DNA of 64,000 bases from an uncultured Gemmatimonadales bacterium (GCA_963798915.1 CAWCVB010000005.1:324012-388011), one strand, 5' to 3'. Positions 39,088 through 49,539 are shown, counted from the stretch's first letter. Notes: a model not told the origin generated them from the sequence alone. Program-made: numbers and translations.

Positions 39088-40482
39088 TCAGATGTGGATG
39101 ACGCGACCCATCGAGTCGAGGCACGCCTCGGCGACGGCTTCGCTCAGCGTCGGGTGGGCATGCACCGCCAGGTCCACTTCCTCCACGGTGAATTCGTTTT
39201 CGCGTGCGACGGCGAGTTCGTGGATGATCTCGGAGGCGTGGCCGCCCACAATGTGGGCACCGAGGATTTCCCCGTACTGCTTGCCTCGAATGACCTTGAC
39301 GAATCCCTCCGTTTCGTTGGTGGCTCGCGCCCGCCCATTGGCGCTGAAGGGGAAGCGACCAACCTGATATGCCAGCTTCTGTTCCTTGCACTGGTCTTCC
39401 GTCAGGCCGATGCTGGCGACTTCGGGCTTGCAATAGGTGACGCTGGGAATGTTGTCGTACTTGATGGCTGGCGGCTGATGGCCTGCGATCCGCTCGGCCA
39501 CCACCACGCCTTCACGGCTGCCCTTGTGGGCCAGCATCGGGGGGCCTGCGACGTCACCGATGCAGTAGACGCCCTGGGCCGTGGTTTCGAGCGTATCCAT
39601 GTTGACCTTGACGAAGCCGCGGTCGGTGAGTTCGATCCCGGCCTCCTTGAATCCCATGTCCTCCGTATTGAGGGCGCGGCCGGCTGCCATGAGGACCTTT
39701 TCCGCCTCAACGGTCTTCTTGTCGCCGCCGACCTCCAGCGCGAGCGTCACCTTGTCCTTGCCCACCTTGGCCGAGGTCACCTTGGCGCCGGCGTAGATGT
39801 CGATGCCACGCTTCGTATAGCTCTTGCTCACGGCCTCGGAACTTTCGGCGTCCTCGATCGGGAGGATGCGAGGCAACGCCTCGATCAGCGTCACCTTGGT
39901 GCCGAAGGCATTGAAGATGTCAGCGAATTCAGTACCGACGGCCCCGGCGCCGACGATCGCCAATGTCCGGGGCGCAGACTCGAGAAACAGTGCTTCGTCG
40001 GAGCTGATGACCGTGCTCCCGTTGAGTTCAAGCCCGATCTGGGGGATGCCCTTCACCCGCGAGCCGGTGGCGAGGACGAGTGCCTTCTTCGCCTCGTGTG
40101 TGTCCTCACCCACCTTGACCTTCCGACCCGGCAGCACGGAGCCGGTGCCGTTCAGGACCGTGACCTTGTGCTTCTTCATGAGGAACCCGACGCCCTTTGA
40201 GTTCTGCTCCGAGACCTTGCGGGAGCGTTTCATGGCGACGCCGTAGTCGGTCTTCATTTCGCCCGTCGAGATGCCGAGGTCCTTGGCCTCATGCGCCAGG
40301 ACGCGCGCGATGTACGCGCTGTACAGCAGGGCCTTGGTCGGAATGCAGCCGATATTGACGCAGACGCCGCCCAGTTTGTCCTTCTCCACCACGGCTGTGG
40401 CCAGGCCGAGCTGCGCGGCACGGATGGCGCACACATAACCGGCCGGGCCGCCTCCCAGGATGATGACATCGAATTGTGCCAC
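39088..40482 (-). CDS. lpdA: Dihydrolipoyl dehydrogenase (E3)
   Basis: 464 aa with a GTG start, GGGPAGY, the redox centre GGVCVNIGCIPTK, and HAHPTLSE. Confidence 0.95.
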   Translation of the reverse strand: MAQFDVIILGGGPAGYVCAIRAAQLGLATAVVEKDKLGGVCVNIGCIPTKALLYSAYIARVLAHEAKDLGISTGEMKTDYGVAMKRSRKVSEQNSKGVGFLMKKHKVTVLNGTGSVLPGRKVKVGEDTHEAKKALVLATGSRVKGIPQIGLELNGSTVISSDEALFLESAPRTLAIVGAGAVGTEFADIFNAFGTKVTLIEALPRILPIEDAESSEAVSKSYTKRGIDIYAGAKVTSAKVGKDKVTLALEVGGDKKTVEAEKVLMAAGRALNTEDMGFKEAGIELTDRGFVKVNMDTLETTAQGVYCIGDVAGPPMLAHKGSREGVVVAERIAGHQPPAIKYDNIPSVTYCKPEVASIGLTEDQCKEQKLAYQVGRFPFSANGRARATNETEGFVKVIRGKQYGEILGAHIVGGHASEIIHELAVARENEFTVEEVDLAVHAHPTLSEAVAEACLDSMGRVIHI

Positions 40483-40496
40483 GGGTGTCCTCGATC

Positions 40497-40561
40497 GTAA
40501 GCGTAGGTCGTAGAGGTCAAGGGCCAGCGGTCAATGGTCGACAGTCAACCGTCGACTGTCA
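40497..40561. repeat. Nine degenerate heptamer units in the E2-lpd spacer
   Basis: The units are GTAAGCG TAGGTCG TAGAGGT CAAGGGC CAGCGGT CAATGGT CGACAGT CAACCGT CGACTGT followed by CA. The end of the array supplies the E2 TGA stop (40559-40561). Confidence 0.75.
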
Positions 40562-41872
40562 CCACACCATCGCCAGCGGGTTCTCCAGCATGCGCTTCAG
40601 TGTCTGCAGGAACCTGGCCCCGGTCGCGCCGTCGATCACACGATGGTCGCATGACATGGTCACCTTCATCCGCCTGCGCACTTCCAGCCCGTCCGCTGCG
40701 GGCACCGTGCGCTCGGCAATCCGGCCGATGGCAAGGATGCCGGCTTCGGGCGGATTGATGATTGCGGTAAATTCATCGATGTCCAACATGCCCAGGTTGG
40801 ACACGGAGAAGGTGCTCCCACTGTACTCCTCGGGCGTCAGCCGGCGGTCGCGGGCGCGGGCCGCCAGGTCCCTCGCCTCCGTTGCGATCTCACGAAGCGA
40901 CTTGAGGTCCGCGTGCCGGATGACGGGCGTGATGAGGCCATCCTCGATCGCCACCGCCATGCCGATGTGCACCTCGTTCCAATAGCGGATATGATCATCC
41001 TGCCACCAGCCATTGCATTCAGGATGCTGCCGGAGCGCCAGCGCGGTGGCCTTGATGACGATGTCGTTGTACGAAATCTTGCCTTCGCCCAACGTGTTGA
41101 TGGCATCCCGCGCCTCGGCGGCGCGTTCCATGTCGATGTCGGTCGTGAGGTAGAAGGTCGGCACCGGCCCGATTGACTGGACCAGCCGGCGGGCAATGGT
41201 CTTCCGGATCTGGCTCAGCGGGACATCTCGAAAGGGCTCACCCGGGGGAACGAGCGGAGCCCGCGCGGGCGCCTTCGCGGCGGCCCCGGCCGGAGCCGCA
41301 ACTTCCGCCGATTCGACGTCACGCTGCACGATTCGGCCGGCCGGCCCCGAGCCGCGCACGCCAGCGAGGTCGATGCCGCGTTCCTGCGCAATGCGTCGAG
41401 CCAGCGGGGAAGCTTTGACCCGCGCCCCAGCCGGACCTGGCGCCGCCGCCGCCGCGACCGGTGCCGCTGCCGGGATGGGTTCGGCGCGGCGCTCGGGGCG
41501 CGGCGCTTCGACCGGTTCCGGACGTGTCACGCCGCCGGTGGCGGTGGGTGGGTTGGCGGCCGGCTCCTCGGTCGCCGGCTGGCTCCCGCCGGCCTCGGTC
41601 GGCGCTCCATCGCCCACTGCCTCGCCCGGCTGGCCGATCCACCCGACGGTCTCCGAGACCGGCACGGTGGCGCCCGTGGCGGCGACCTGCTTCAGCAGGG
41701 TGCCGTCCGCACGCGCCACCAGCTCCATCACGGCCTTGTCCGTTTCGACGTCCGCCAGCACGTCGCCGACAGCCACCGTGTCGCCCTCCTTCTTCTTCCA
41801 TTCAACGAGGCGCCCTTCCTCCATCGTGGGCGAGAGCGCCTCCATGACGACTTTAGTTGCCATCGTATCCAT
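40559..41872 (-). CDS. pdhC: Pyruvate dehydrogenase complex dihydrolipoamide acetyltransferase (E2)
   Basis: 437 aa (an alternative ATG lies at 41863). It has the lipoyl domain MEALSPTMEEG..VETDKA, an Ala/Pro linker, and the catalytic site MSCDHRVIDGA. Confidence 0.93.
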   Translation of the reverse strand: MDTMATKVVMEALSPTMEEGRLVEWKKKEGDTVAVGDVLADVETDKAVMELVARADGTLLKQVAATGATVPVSETVGWIGQPGEAVGDGAPTEAGGSQPATEEPAANPPTATGGVTRPEPVEAPRPERRAEPIPAAAPVAAAAAPGPAGARVKASPLARRIAQERGIDLAGVRGSGPAGRIVQRDVESAEVAAPAGAAAKAPARAPLVPPGEPFRDVPLSQIRKTIARRLVQSIGPVPTFYLTTDIDMERAAEARDAINTLGEGKISYNDIVIKATALALRQHPECNGWWQDDHIRYWNEVHIGMAVAIEDGLITPVIRHADLKSLREIATEARDLAARARDRRLTPEEYSGSTFSVSNLGMLDIDEFTAIINPPEAGILAIGRIAERTVPAADGLEVRRRMKVTMSCDHRVIDGATGARFLQTLKRMLENPLAMVW

Positions 41873-41910
41873 CGTGGGTCATGAGTCGTGGATCGGGTGC
41901 CGCACCGGCA

Positions 41911-42894
41911 TCACTCATCGAGGTAGAGCACTTTCCTCGCGGCCGCGACGACCGTATCCGGGTCGGGCTTGGCGGCCTTCTCGAGGGCGCGGTTGTAGGG
42001 CATGGGCACGTCGGCCTGGGTGATCCGCAGCACCGGCGCGTCGAGTTCGTCGAAGATCTGTTCCTGGATCTCGTACACGACCTGCGCGCCGACGCCGGCA
42101 AAGGGCCAGCCTTCTTCGACCACGACGCACCGATGCGTCCGGGCCACCGAGTTGAGGATCGTCTCCGTGTCCAGCGGGCGGATGGTGCGCAGATCGAGCA
42201 CCTCTGCCGCGACGCCCTGCCCGGCAAGCTTGTCGGCCGCCTTGAGCGCCACCGACAATGTCTTGGAGTGGCAGACAATCGTCAGGTCCCGGCCCTCCCG
42301 CTTGATCTCGGCCTTGCCGATGGGCGTGGTGAATTCGTCCTCGGGCACCTCACCCTTGGTGTTGTAGAGCATCTCGCCTTCCATGAACACCACCGGGTTG
42401 TCGTCCCGGATGGCGCTCTTGAGCAGCCCCTTCGCATCTGCCGGTGTGGCGGGCGCAATCACCTTGAGCCCTGGCACGTGGGCGTACCACGACTCGAACG
42501 CCTGGGAGTGCTGGGCGCCGAGCTGCAGCGCGGCGCCGCCCGGCCCACGGAACACGATCGGGCACCCGATCTGGCCGCCCGACATGTAACGGACCTTGGC
42601 GGCGGCATTGACGATCTGGTCGATCGCCAGGAGCGCGAAGTTCCACGTCATGAACTCGATGACAGGACGGAGGCCCGTCATGGCGGCACCGACGCCGATC
42701 CCGGTGAACCCAAGTTCGGCAATGGGTGTGTCCACCACCCGCATCGGGCCGAATTCTTCGAGCAGCCCGCGGCTGACCTTGTAGGCGCCGTTGTACTCGG
42801 CCACTTCTTCGCCCATCAGGAACACGTTCTCGTCCCGCGCGAGTTCCTCGCGCAGCGCCTGGTTCAGTGCATCACGGTAGGTGAGGACGGTCAT
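41911..42894 (-). CDS. pdhB: Pyruvate dehydrogenase E1 beta subunit
   Basis: The start is at [17 protein letters not shown] (42894), giving 327 aa. It overlaps the pdhA stop (ATGA). The ORF-track extension to 43389 is the out-of-frame shadow of pdhA. Confidence 0.93.
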   Translation of the reverse strand: MTVLTYRDALNQALREELARDENVFLMGEEVAEYNGAYKVSRGLLEEFGPMRVVDTPIAELGFTGIGVGAAMTGLRPVIEFMTWNFALLAIDQIVNAAAKVRYMSGGQIGCPIVFRGPGGAALQLGAQHSQAFESWYAHVPGLKVIAPATPADAKGLLKSAIRDDNPVVFMEGEMLYNTKGEVPEDEFTTPIGKAEIKREGRDLTIVCHSKTLSVALKAADKLAGQGVAAEVLDLRTIRPLDTETILNSVARTHRCVVVEEGWPFAGVGAQVVYEIQEQIFDELDAPVLRITQADVPMPYNRALEKAAKPDPDTVVAAARKVLYLDE

Positions 42895-43919
42895 CAGGCG
42901 CCCGCTTCCGGCGCGTAGACGTTGGTGCGCAGCTCGCTCAGGTCCGGTTCCGGGGATTGCTCCGCGAACTGCTCGGCGTCGGTTACCTCCGCGGCGACCT
43001 CTTGCTCGAGTTCGGCCATGGCCGCATCGTCCAGCAGACCGGCTTCGCGAAGCCGCGCCGCCAGCACCTCGATCGGGTCGCGCTTGCGGTACTCGTCCAC
43101 TTCGTCCCTGGTGCGGTAGGTCCCGTGCGCGGCGTCGGACATGGAGTGGCCGACGTAGCGATAGGTCCGGATCTCCAGCAGCGTCGGCGCCGAATCCTCG
43201 CGGGCGCGCCGCACCGCGTCGTCCGTGGCACTCTTCACCGCGACGACGTCCTGGCCGTCGACGACCACGCCGGGCATGTTGTAGCTTGCCGCGCGCTCGA
43301 ACAGATCGGTGATGGCCGACGCGCGCCCGACGGCGGTACCCATGCCGTAGCCATTGTTCTCGATCACGAAGATGGCTGGGAGCCGCCACAGGCCCGCCAT
43401 GTTCAACGTCTCATGGAAGGCGCCGATGTTGGCTGCGGCCTCCCCGAAGTAGCAGAGCGACACCTGATCGGTGCCGCGGTACTTGGCCGAGAAGGCAAAT
43501 CCGGCTCCCAGCGGAATCTGGCCACCCACAATGCCATGCCCACCCATGAAGTGGAGCGAGGCATCGAAGAGGTGCATCGAACCGCCCTTGCCGCTGGAGC
43601 ATCCCGTGGCCTTGCCATATAGCTCTGCCATCACGCTGCGCGCCGAAATGCCGCGCGCCAGCGCCTGGCCGTGCTCGCGATACGCGCTCACGACGTAATC
43701 GTCTTCGCCCAGCGCCGCGAGCGTGCCCACGGCCACGGCCTCCTGCCCGATGTAGAGATGACAGAAGCCACCGATCTTGCCCAGGCTGTACGCCTCGCCC
43801 GCCTTCTCTTCGAACCGCCGGATCAGGAGCATCTGGCGCAGCCAGTGACGCCATTCCCTGGCGGTGTCGTCATTGACGCCCTTTTCCTTGCGCGACCGTG
43901 TTGCCGTTCCTGCCATCAC
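42894..43919 (-). CDS. pdhA: Pyruvate dehydrogenase E1 alpha subunit
   Basis: 341 aa. The TPP-binding region reads [47 protein letters not shown]. Confidence 0.93.
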   Translation of the reverse strand: MMAGTATRSRKEKGVNDDTAREWRHWLRQMLLIRRFEEKAGEAYSLGKIGGFCHLYIGQEAVAVGTLAALGEDDYVVSAYREHGQALARGISARSVMAELYGKATGCSSGKGGSMHLFDASLHFMGGHGIVGGQIPLGAGFAFSAKYRGTDQVSLCYFGEAAANIGAFHETLNMAGLWRLPAIFVIENNGYGMGTAVGRASAITDLFERAASYNMPGVVVDGQDVVAVKSATDDAVRRAREDSAPTLLEIRTYRYVGHSMSDAAHGTYRTRDEVDEYRKRDPIEVLAARLREAGLLDDAAMAELEQEVAAEVTDAEQFAEQSPEPDLSELRTNVYAPEAGA

Positions 43920-44842
43920 ATGGTCCTCTGCTGGGCCCGGGCATGGTCGACCTGCGCCCAGGCATGGTACGAGCTGCGCGTGAGGGGGCTTGCTTCGACA
44001 TGGGCAAAGCCCATGCGGCGTCCCGCCTCTGCCAGTTCGGCAAACTCCTCAGGGGTGTAATAGCGGGCGACCGGCAGGTGGCCATCGCCTGGGCGCAGGT
44101 ACTGCCCCAGGGTCACGATATTCACGTCGGCGCGCCGCAGGTCCCGCAGGCAGACCAGGATTTCATCCCATTCTTCACCCATGCCCAGGATCATGCCGCT
44201 CTTCGTCAGGGCGCCTGGCCCGCCCAGCGTCCGCGCGTTGCGCAGCAGCTGCAGCGCCCTCCGGTAGCGGCCACCCGGCCGCGCCAGCCGATAGAGCCGG
44301 TCCGCTGTTTCCAGGTTGTGATTGAGTATGTCGGGACGGGCGTCCATGACTATGCCCAGTGCCCGACGCGAACCCTTGAAGTCGGGAACGAGCACCTCGA
44401 CCGACGTGTCCGGCAACCGCCGCCGGATCTCGGTAATGCAGCCGGCAAACGCCTCGGCGCCGCCGTTGGGGAGGTCGTCGCGGTCCACCGAAGTGATCAC
44501 GACGTGCTGCAGGCCCATCTGCGCCACCGCCTCGGCCAGCCGGGTTGGCTCCAGTGGGTCGAACGCCTTGGGCGTGCCGTGCGCCACCGCGCAGTACGTA
44601 CAGTTACGAGTGCAGACGTCGCCCAGGATCATGAACGTTGCTGCACGGTGCTCCCAGCACTCGCCCATGTTGGGACAGCGCGCCTCCTCGCAGACCGTGT
44701 GCAGGTCCAGTGTGCGCATCACCTGCTTGAGGTGCGCATAATTGGGCCCGCCAGGCGGCTTGATCGTGAGCCAGCCCGGCTTGCGCGCCGGGGCCGAACG
44801 AGCGGCCGGAGCGCGCGTCAGCTGTACCAATGGTGCCGCCAC
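43916..44842 (-). CDS. lipA: Lipoyl synthase
   Basis: 308 aa with the clusters CEEARCPNMGEC and CTRNCTYC. The stop overlaps the pdhA start. Confidence 0.95.
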   Translation of the reverse strand: MAAPLVQLTRAPAARSAPARKPGWLTIKPPGGPNYAHLKQVMRTLDLHTVCEEARCPNMGECWEHRAATFMILGDVCTRNCTYCAVAHGTPKAFDPLEPTRLAEAVAQMGLQHVVITSVDRDDLPNGGAEAFAGCITEIRRRLPDTSVEVLVPDFKGSRRALGIVMDARPDILNHNLETADRLYRLARPGGRYRRALQLLRNARTLGGPGALTKSGMILGMGEEWDEILVCLRDLRRADVNIVTLGQYLRPGDGHLPVARYYTPEEFAELAEAGRRMGFAHVEASPLTRSSYHAWAQVDHARAQQRTM

Positions 44843-44940
44843 TCCATCTCCTCAGTCCGAAGTCCGGACGGAGCGTCCGAAGGCCGGAAAAGTAGTCGGG
44901 CTGGGGAGGGTTTTGTATGGGGACGGGCAGCAGGACGGAC

Positions 44941-46116
44941 TCAGAAAAACAGCATCATTCCAGCCGCCAGGCCCATCGATCGGTTGGTTGCCGACGCCGG
45001 ATTGTCGTCGAGGCTCCACGCTTCCGTCACTTCACTCACCAGTTTGAGTGAGCGGGTCGCCTGATAGTAGGCGCCAAGCGTGGCGGCACGATTGATCGTG
45101 CGGAATGCGGGCTCACCAGGCGCCGACGAGAGGCGGCTTGCGCCCAGCGCCGCGCCCAGGGTGAGCGGCCCCATGCGGGGTTGCAGCGTCACCTGGCCGT
45201 AGACCCCGGCGCTTCGGCGTAGCGCCGCACTGGTGCTGTCCGCCGTACGCCCATCGCGAAACAGCAGCGTGGTGCCAATGCCGCGTCCGGTGTAGCCCTG
45301 CAGCGAGAGCGCGAGCGCTCGATACTGGAGCCGTCCGCCGACCGAGGTGCCCCAGGCCGTCGCACTGGCGCCCAGATGGGTGTCCTTCTGCGGTTGCACC
45401 AGGCCCGAGGCCCACAGCGAATTCCCGTCCCGTTCCCACTGCACCTCGCCCTCGACGCGAGGGGCGATCAATTCGTCAAACCCATTGTTGCTGCTCGGGT
45501 CGAAGAGCGCCAGTGTGACCTGGAGCGGCCGCTCCGCTGGCGAGCTGTAGGCAAACTGCGCGTTGAAGCCGGGATAGATGTAACCAAACCCGCTATGTCC
45601 CCGCGTCGTGCCGCCGGGGTTGCCGGCGATGCCGCCCGTCGCGCCGGTACCGAACAGCGACATGTCGCTCAACATGCTCTGGCGGCCGAAGACGCCCACC
45701 TCGCGCCCCGCCAGCACCCGGCCCCAGGTGCCAGCGGCCGAGACGTATGCCTGGCGCAGGTCGATCCGCGCGCCAAGGTCCTCGCCATCGTCGTGGCCAC
45801 CCGCGGTCTGAATGACCGGTGCAAGGCCGAAATGTGCCGTGAGTTCCGTGACGCCCTCAGTGCCCTTGGCATCGAGCACCGCAAAGGCCGGCAAGTAGCC
45901 CGACCGGATGGCGGAGCCCTGGTGGCCCACGCCGACCTCAGTGCCCGGCGTGGCGACCTGACCGCCGTCACGTTCGTGCTCGAAGACGTAGAACGCGCCG
46001 ACGTTGCCCGCAAACGTGAAGGTCCAGCCATCGGGAGTGGCCAGTTGAACCTGGGCATGCAGCTTGGCGACTGCCGTCAGGAGCAGCAGCATGCAGCCCA
46101 GCACTCTTGGCATCAC
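44941..46116 (-). CDS. Outer-membrane porin
   Basis: 391 aa with a signal peptide, beta-strand periodicity and a C-terminal ..GMMLFF. Confidence 0.7.
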   Translation of the reverse strand: MMPRVLGCMLLLLTAVAKLHAQVQLATPDGWTFTFAGNVGAFYVFEHERDGGQVATPGTEVGVGHQGSAIRSGYLPAFAVLDAKGTEGVTELTAHFGLAPVIQTAGGHDDGEDLGARIDLRQAYVSAAGTWGRVLAGREVGVFGRQSMLSDMSLFGTGATGGIAGNPGGTTRGHSGFGYIYPGFNAQFAYSSPAERPLQVTLALFDPSSNNGFDELIAPRVEGEVQWERDGNSLWASGLVQPQKDTHLGASATAWGTSVGGRLQYRALALSLQGYTGRGIGTTLLFRDGRTADSTSAALRRSAGVYGQVTLQPRMGPLTLGAALGASRLSSAPGEPAFRTINRAATLGAYYQATRSLKLVSEVTEAWSLDDNPASATNRSMGLAAGMMLFF

Positions 46117-47291
46117 GGTTCTCCCAGAAGACGTGTGATGTATGAGTGAAATGCATCGCGCTGCTGCTGGTGCATGGCGCCGGTGCTGGCCCCGTAGAAT
46201 CCCGCGTAGACCCGGCGAACCCGACCATCCCGCCCGAGGAAGATCGACGTCGGGTAGGAGGTGAAGCCATCGAGCTGCGGTAGCGTTGCCGCCGTGGCTT
46301 CGACCGTGTTGGTGCCGCCCAGCGCAAGCGGGAAGGGAATCCGGTGTCGCGCCCGGTAGCGACGGACCAGTGCGGCATCGACCGCGGTGTCGCCCGACAC
46401 TTCATAGGCAATGCCCACGATCTCGAGTCCCCTCGAGTGAAATTCGTTCCACAGCGCGACCAGCTCCGGCGCTGCCTCCTGGCAGGTGGGGCACCAGGTG
46501 CCGAAAATGTCGATCAGCACCACCTTGCCCTGGAACCTTGGGTCGCTGCTGCGCACCATCCCGCCGTCCACACCTGGGAAGGCAAACTGAAACGGCGCGC
46601 TGGTGTCGGCGCGGGTCATGCTGGTCGGCCGCTTGAGGTGCGGCCGCCCCGAGCTGCGGACCGCCGTGAACGGCGTCTGGGTGCGGAGCCCCGCGTGGAA
46701 GGTGCCGCGCAAGGTATCGCCGTCGAGGCGCGCCGTCACCAGATAAACAAACGAGCCATCAAAGTGGGCCATGACAATGCTGTCACCAGCCGCGTGGCCG
46801 GCAAACCGGCCATAATCGCCGGTGTTCGCGACGACGGTTCCCTCGAATCCGCCGGGCGTGTTCTGGAAGAGCAGGAGCCGCGGGCTGCGCCGCTCCCCCG
46901 TCACGAAGGTGGCGTCCCAGCTTCCCACCACCGCGCGGGGCGCTTCGCTCCGCGGAAAGGCACCCCGACTCGCGTGGAAGGGAATCACCCGCGGGCCTCG
47001 GTTACCCACGTTGCGATACATGCCGGCCAACGTGTCGCCAACGCAGCGCGCGCCAATGGTGGCCGCATAATCTGCCATCTCGAAAATGACCGAGTCGCCA
47101 ACTTGCCGAACGCCGCTCAGCCGCTCGCAGGAACCCGCATTGCAGATCTGCCCCGCCGTCCCGCTGTCATCGATGCGCAGCACAAACTCGAGTTCGCCGC
47201 CGGCGAGAGAAAGCGCGGCCCGCCAGGGGCCATCCAGCGAAGTTCCGCAGGGGAGCGCGAGGGCAAGCCCGAAGAGCACCGAGTTCATCAA
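46113..47291 (-). CDS. TlpA-like thiol-disulfide oxidoreductase with an N-terminal extra domain
   Basis: 392 aa. The thioredoxin-fold motif is IDIFGTWCPTCQEAAPEL. Confidence 0.8.
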   Translation of the reverse strand: MMNSVLFGLALALPCGTSLDGPWRAALSLAGGELEFVLRIDDSGTAGQICNAGSCERLSGVRQVGDSVIFEMADYAATIGARCVGDTLAGMYRNVGNRGPRVIPFHASRGAFPRSEAPRAVVGSWDATFVTGERRSPRLLLFQNTPGGFEGTVVANTGDYGRFAGHAAGDSIVMAHFDGSFVYLVTARLDGDTLRGTFHAGLRTQTPFTAVRSSGRPHLKRPTSMTRADTSAPFQFAFPGVDGGMVRSSDPRFQGKVVLIDIFGTWCPTCQEAAPELVALWNEFHSRGLEIVGIAYEVSGDTAVDAALVRRYRARHRIPFPLALGGTNTVEATAATLPQLDGFTSYPTSIFLGRDGRVRRVYAGFYGASTGAMHQQQRDAFHSYITRLLGEP

Positions 47292-48100
47292 TGCTCGAGG
47301 TACTGCTCGCCAGCCCGGATCGGCGCATCAATGGTGTTGCCGCGCCAAGGAGCAGGACAGGCGTAGGCAGAACTGTACGAACAGAACGGATTGCGTGCGC
47401 GGTTGAAGTCAAGACGCCAACCGCGGGCTCCTGCCGGTATGAGTGCCACAAAGCGACCCGCGGGATAGGTCCCCTGACCGTTGGTTCCGTCTCGGAAGTA
47501 GATCTCGAGATCCGCCTCATCGGTCGCTGGATCGGGAAGGCGCAGCACTGCGAGACGCACATCGTGTCCATTGATCGGCACAAGAACGGAGCCCGCCTCC
47601 TCGGCCAGTACCTCGACGCCATCCGGTGACAGTACGGTGCGCCGACGAGTCGAATCGGGTGGAATGAGGCGGCCGACGAAGCTGAGGCTCGGGTCGAATG
47701 GGTACCAGGCGGGCCGCCCCCGTGCCCTGGTGCTGTCGAAGATGGTCACTACCGGGCGATCCGCAGTTCCATTGGCGACCAGCAGGTAATGTCCCGCGCG
47801 CACGGGCCGTCCGCGCGACATGGCCTGACGACCCTGCGGTCCGACCAGCTGCATCGAGCCACCTGTCGTCGTGACCTGCAAGGACCCGATGCCAGGAAGG
47901 GCGAGGTCGGCATCGGCCGGACCCAGCTGAAGACCGGAGCCGACCGGCAGCTGCGCCACGGCGGCATAGGGAGAAATCGGCGATTTGGCCAGCCACGTCG
48001 CAAAGGCATCGCGCTCGGCGCGAATGAGGGCCGGCTCCTGCGCCGGAAGCTGGCCGGCGACGATGCAGAGGAGGGCCAGCACTGCACGGGGCTGATTCAC
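47288..48100 (-). CDS. DUF1684 domain protein
   Basis: 270 aa with FRDGTNGQGTYPAGRF..LDFNRARNPFCSYSSAYACPAPWRGN. Confidence 0.8.
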   Translation of the reverse strand: MNQPRAVLALLCIVAGQLPAQEPALIRAERDAFATWLAKSPISPYAAVAQLPVGSGLQLGPADADLALPGIGSLQVTTTGGSMQLVGPQGRQAMSRGRPVRAGHYLLVANGTADRPVVTIFDSTRARGRPAWYPFDPSLSFVGRLIPPDSTRRRTVLSPDGVEVLAEEAGSVLVPINGHDVRLAVLRLPDPATDEADLEIYFRDGTNGQGTYPAGRFVALIPAGARGWRLDFNRARNPFCSYSSAYACPAPWRGNTIDAPIRAGEQYLEH

Positions 48101-48137
48101 AAGTGGGGCTCCCGGAAGTTCGACTCACGATGCGCGA

Positions 48138-49241
48138 CTACCACACCCACATCCGTGCTGGATCGAGCACCTTGGCGTGTTCGTGTACCGGCTCGCCGCG
48201 AATCATCTGCTGCAAAAGGATGGCCGTAATAGCCGCAAGCAGGATCCCGTTCCTGCCATGGCCAGTCGCATACCAGAGATGACCGAGGTCCGGCGCAGGC
48301 CCGACGAGAGGCAGTCCATCAGGTGTGACTGGCCGCAGACCGGCCCAGCTGCGGCTTTCAGGACGAGCACCGAGCGGAGGGCAAAGTTCCCGCACGGATG
48401 CCCAGATCCGTTGCTGGCCAATGTCGGTGACAGAAGCGTCAAAACCGGCATACTCCATGGTCGAGCCAATGAGGGCCTCGCCTCCGCGCGCCAGGACGTA
48501 CGCGTGTTGATGATAGAGAATGGCTCGCCGCATGTCGGACGGCCAGGTGAAGGCCGCCATCTGTCCGCGCACGGGCTCCACCGACAAAGGGCGGGGCAAA
48601 CCCTCGAGGCGCCCGGACCAGGCGCCGCCCGCCACGATGATGTCGTCGGCCGCAAACCGGTCGTCGGCAATGACCGCCGTGGCCCGGTCCCCATCCCGCT
48701 CGAGGCGCGTGGCGGTGCGGCGGAGAATGGTTGCGCCGTGCTGCACGGCGTCGGCCAGCAGCGCATTGACGAGGCTGACCGGATCGAGCGCGCCATCCAG
48801 GGGAGACCAGAGCGCGCCCAATGGCGCGCGCAACCAGGGCCACTGCTGCCGGACCTCGCCCGCATCCAGCCAGTCGCACCGGTGTCCCTGTTGCCGCTGC
48901 CATGCCACGTCCGCCTTGAGGCCGGTCGCGTCGGCTTCGTCGAAGGCAACCCGGGCGATACCCTCGCGCCAGAACCCCACGTCGATGCCGGTGGCATCCT
49001 GAAGCTCCGCCGCCAATTGCACATACCGGTCGCGGCTGGCGACGCCCAGCTCGTAGAGTGACTCGCTCTTGTCGCTCTCGATCTGGGGCGCAAGCATTCC
49101 TCCCGCCGCGCGCCAGGCTGCCCCGGCGACGTCGGGGCGGTCCAGGACGAGGACCCGGCGCCGCTCGCGGGCGAGTTCACGGGCACACGCTGCCCCTATC
49201 GCGCCGCCCCCGATTACGATAACATCATAGTTGGAAGCCAC
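48138..49241 (-). CDS. FAD-dependent oxidoreductase (glycine oxidase ThiO-like, DAO family)
   Basis: 367 aa with YDVIVIGGGAIGAACARELA and a C-terminal ATGHGRNGILLA. Confidence 0.8.
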   Translation of the reverse strand: MASNYDVIVIGGGAIGAACARELARERRRVLVLDRPDVAGAAWRAAGGMLAPQIESDKSESLYELGVASRDRYVQLAAELQDATGIDVGFWREGIARVAFDEADATGLKADVAWQRQQGHRCDWLDAGEVRQQWPWLRAPLGALWSPLDGALDPVSLVNALLADAVQHGATILRRTATRLERDGDRATAVIADDRFAADDIIVAGGAWSGRLEGLPRPLSVEPVRGQMAAFTWPSDMRRAILYHQHAYVLARGGEALIGSTMEYAGFDASVTDIGQQRIWASVRELCPPLGARPESRSWAGLRPVTPDGLPLVGPAPDLGHLWYATGHGRNGILLAAITAILLQQMIRGEPVHEHAKVLDPARMWVW

Positions 49242-49315
49242 TTAGTGCCTCGACGAAACTTAATGAAACATCGGGGCGTATGGTGACGCGACCGGCCACC
49301 TCGGAGGAAAATAGC

Positions 49316-49528
49316 ATGGTCCGGAGCATACTCGGCTTTTCGATTTTCGCGTTCGTCGGCGTACTGGCGATGAAGTTGGTGCTCGGGTTGTTGGGCGGCA
49401 TCCTGTCCCTGATCGTTACCATCCTGATCTGGGCATTCTGGGGCTGGGTGTTCTATCTGATCCTCAAGGCGGTCGCCCCGGATACGGCGGCGCGGCTCCG
49501 CGGCGTGATCAGCGGCAAGGCGGACTGA
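49316..49528 (+). CDS. Small membrane protein (2 TM)
   Basis: The RBS GGAGG lies 8 nt upstream of the ATG at 49316. The protein is 70 aa and hydrophobic. Confidence 0.5.
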   Translation: MVRSILGFSIFAFVGVLAMKLVLGLLGGILSLIVTILIWAFWGWVFYLILKAVAPDTAARLRGVISGKAD

Positions 49529-49539
49529 CCAGCGCTTCG

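Noticed and set aside
25627-45064. Long ORFs opposite metG (25627-26865+), dnaE (31181-32383+ and others), lpd (39085-40200+), pdhB (41857-42918+) and lipA (43898-45064+)
   Set aside because: Each overlaps a conserved enzyme gene on the other strand across its full length. None has motifs of its own.
49242-49315. TPP riboswitch upstream of the ThiO-like gene
   Set aside because: On the minus strand the 5' region lacks the conserved CUGAGA and ACCUGAUCUGGAUAAUGCCAGCG-type elements and is too short.
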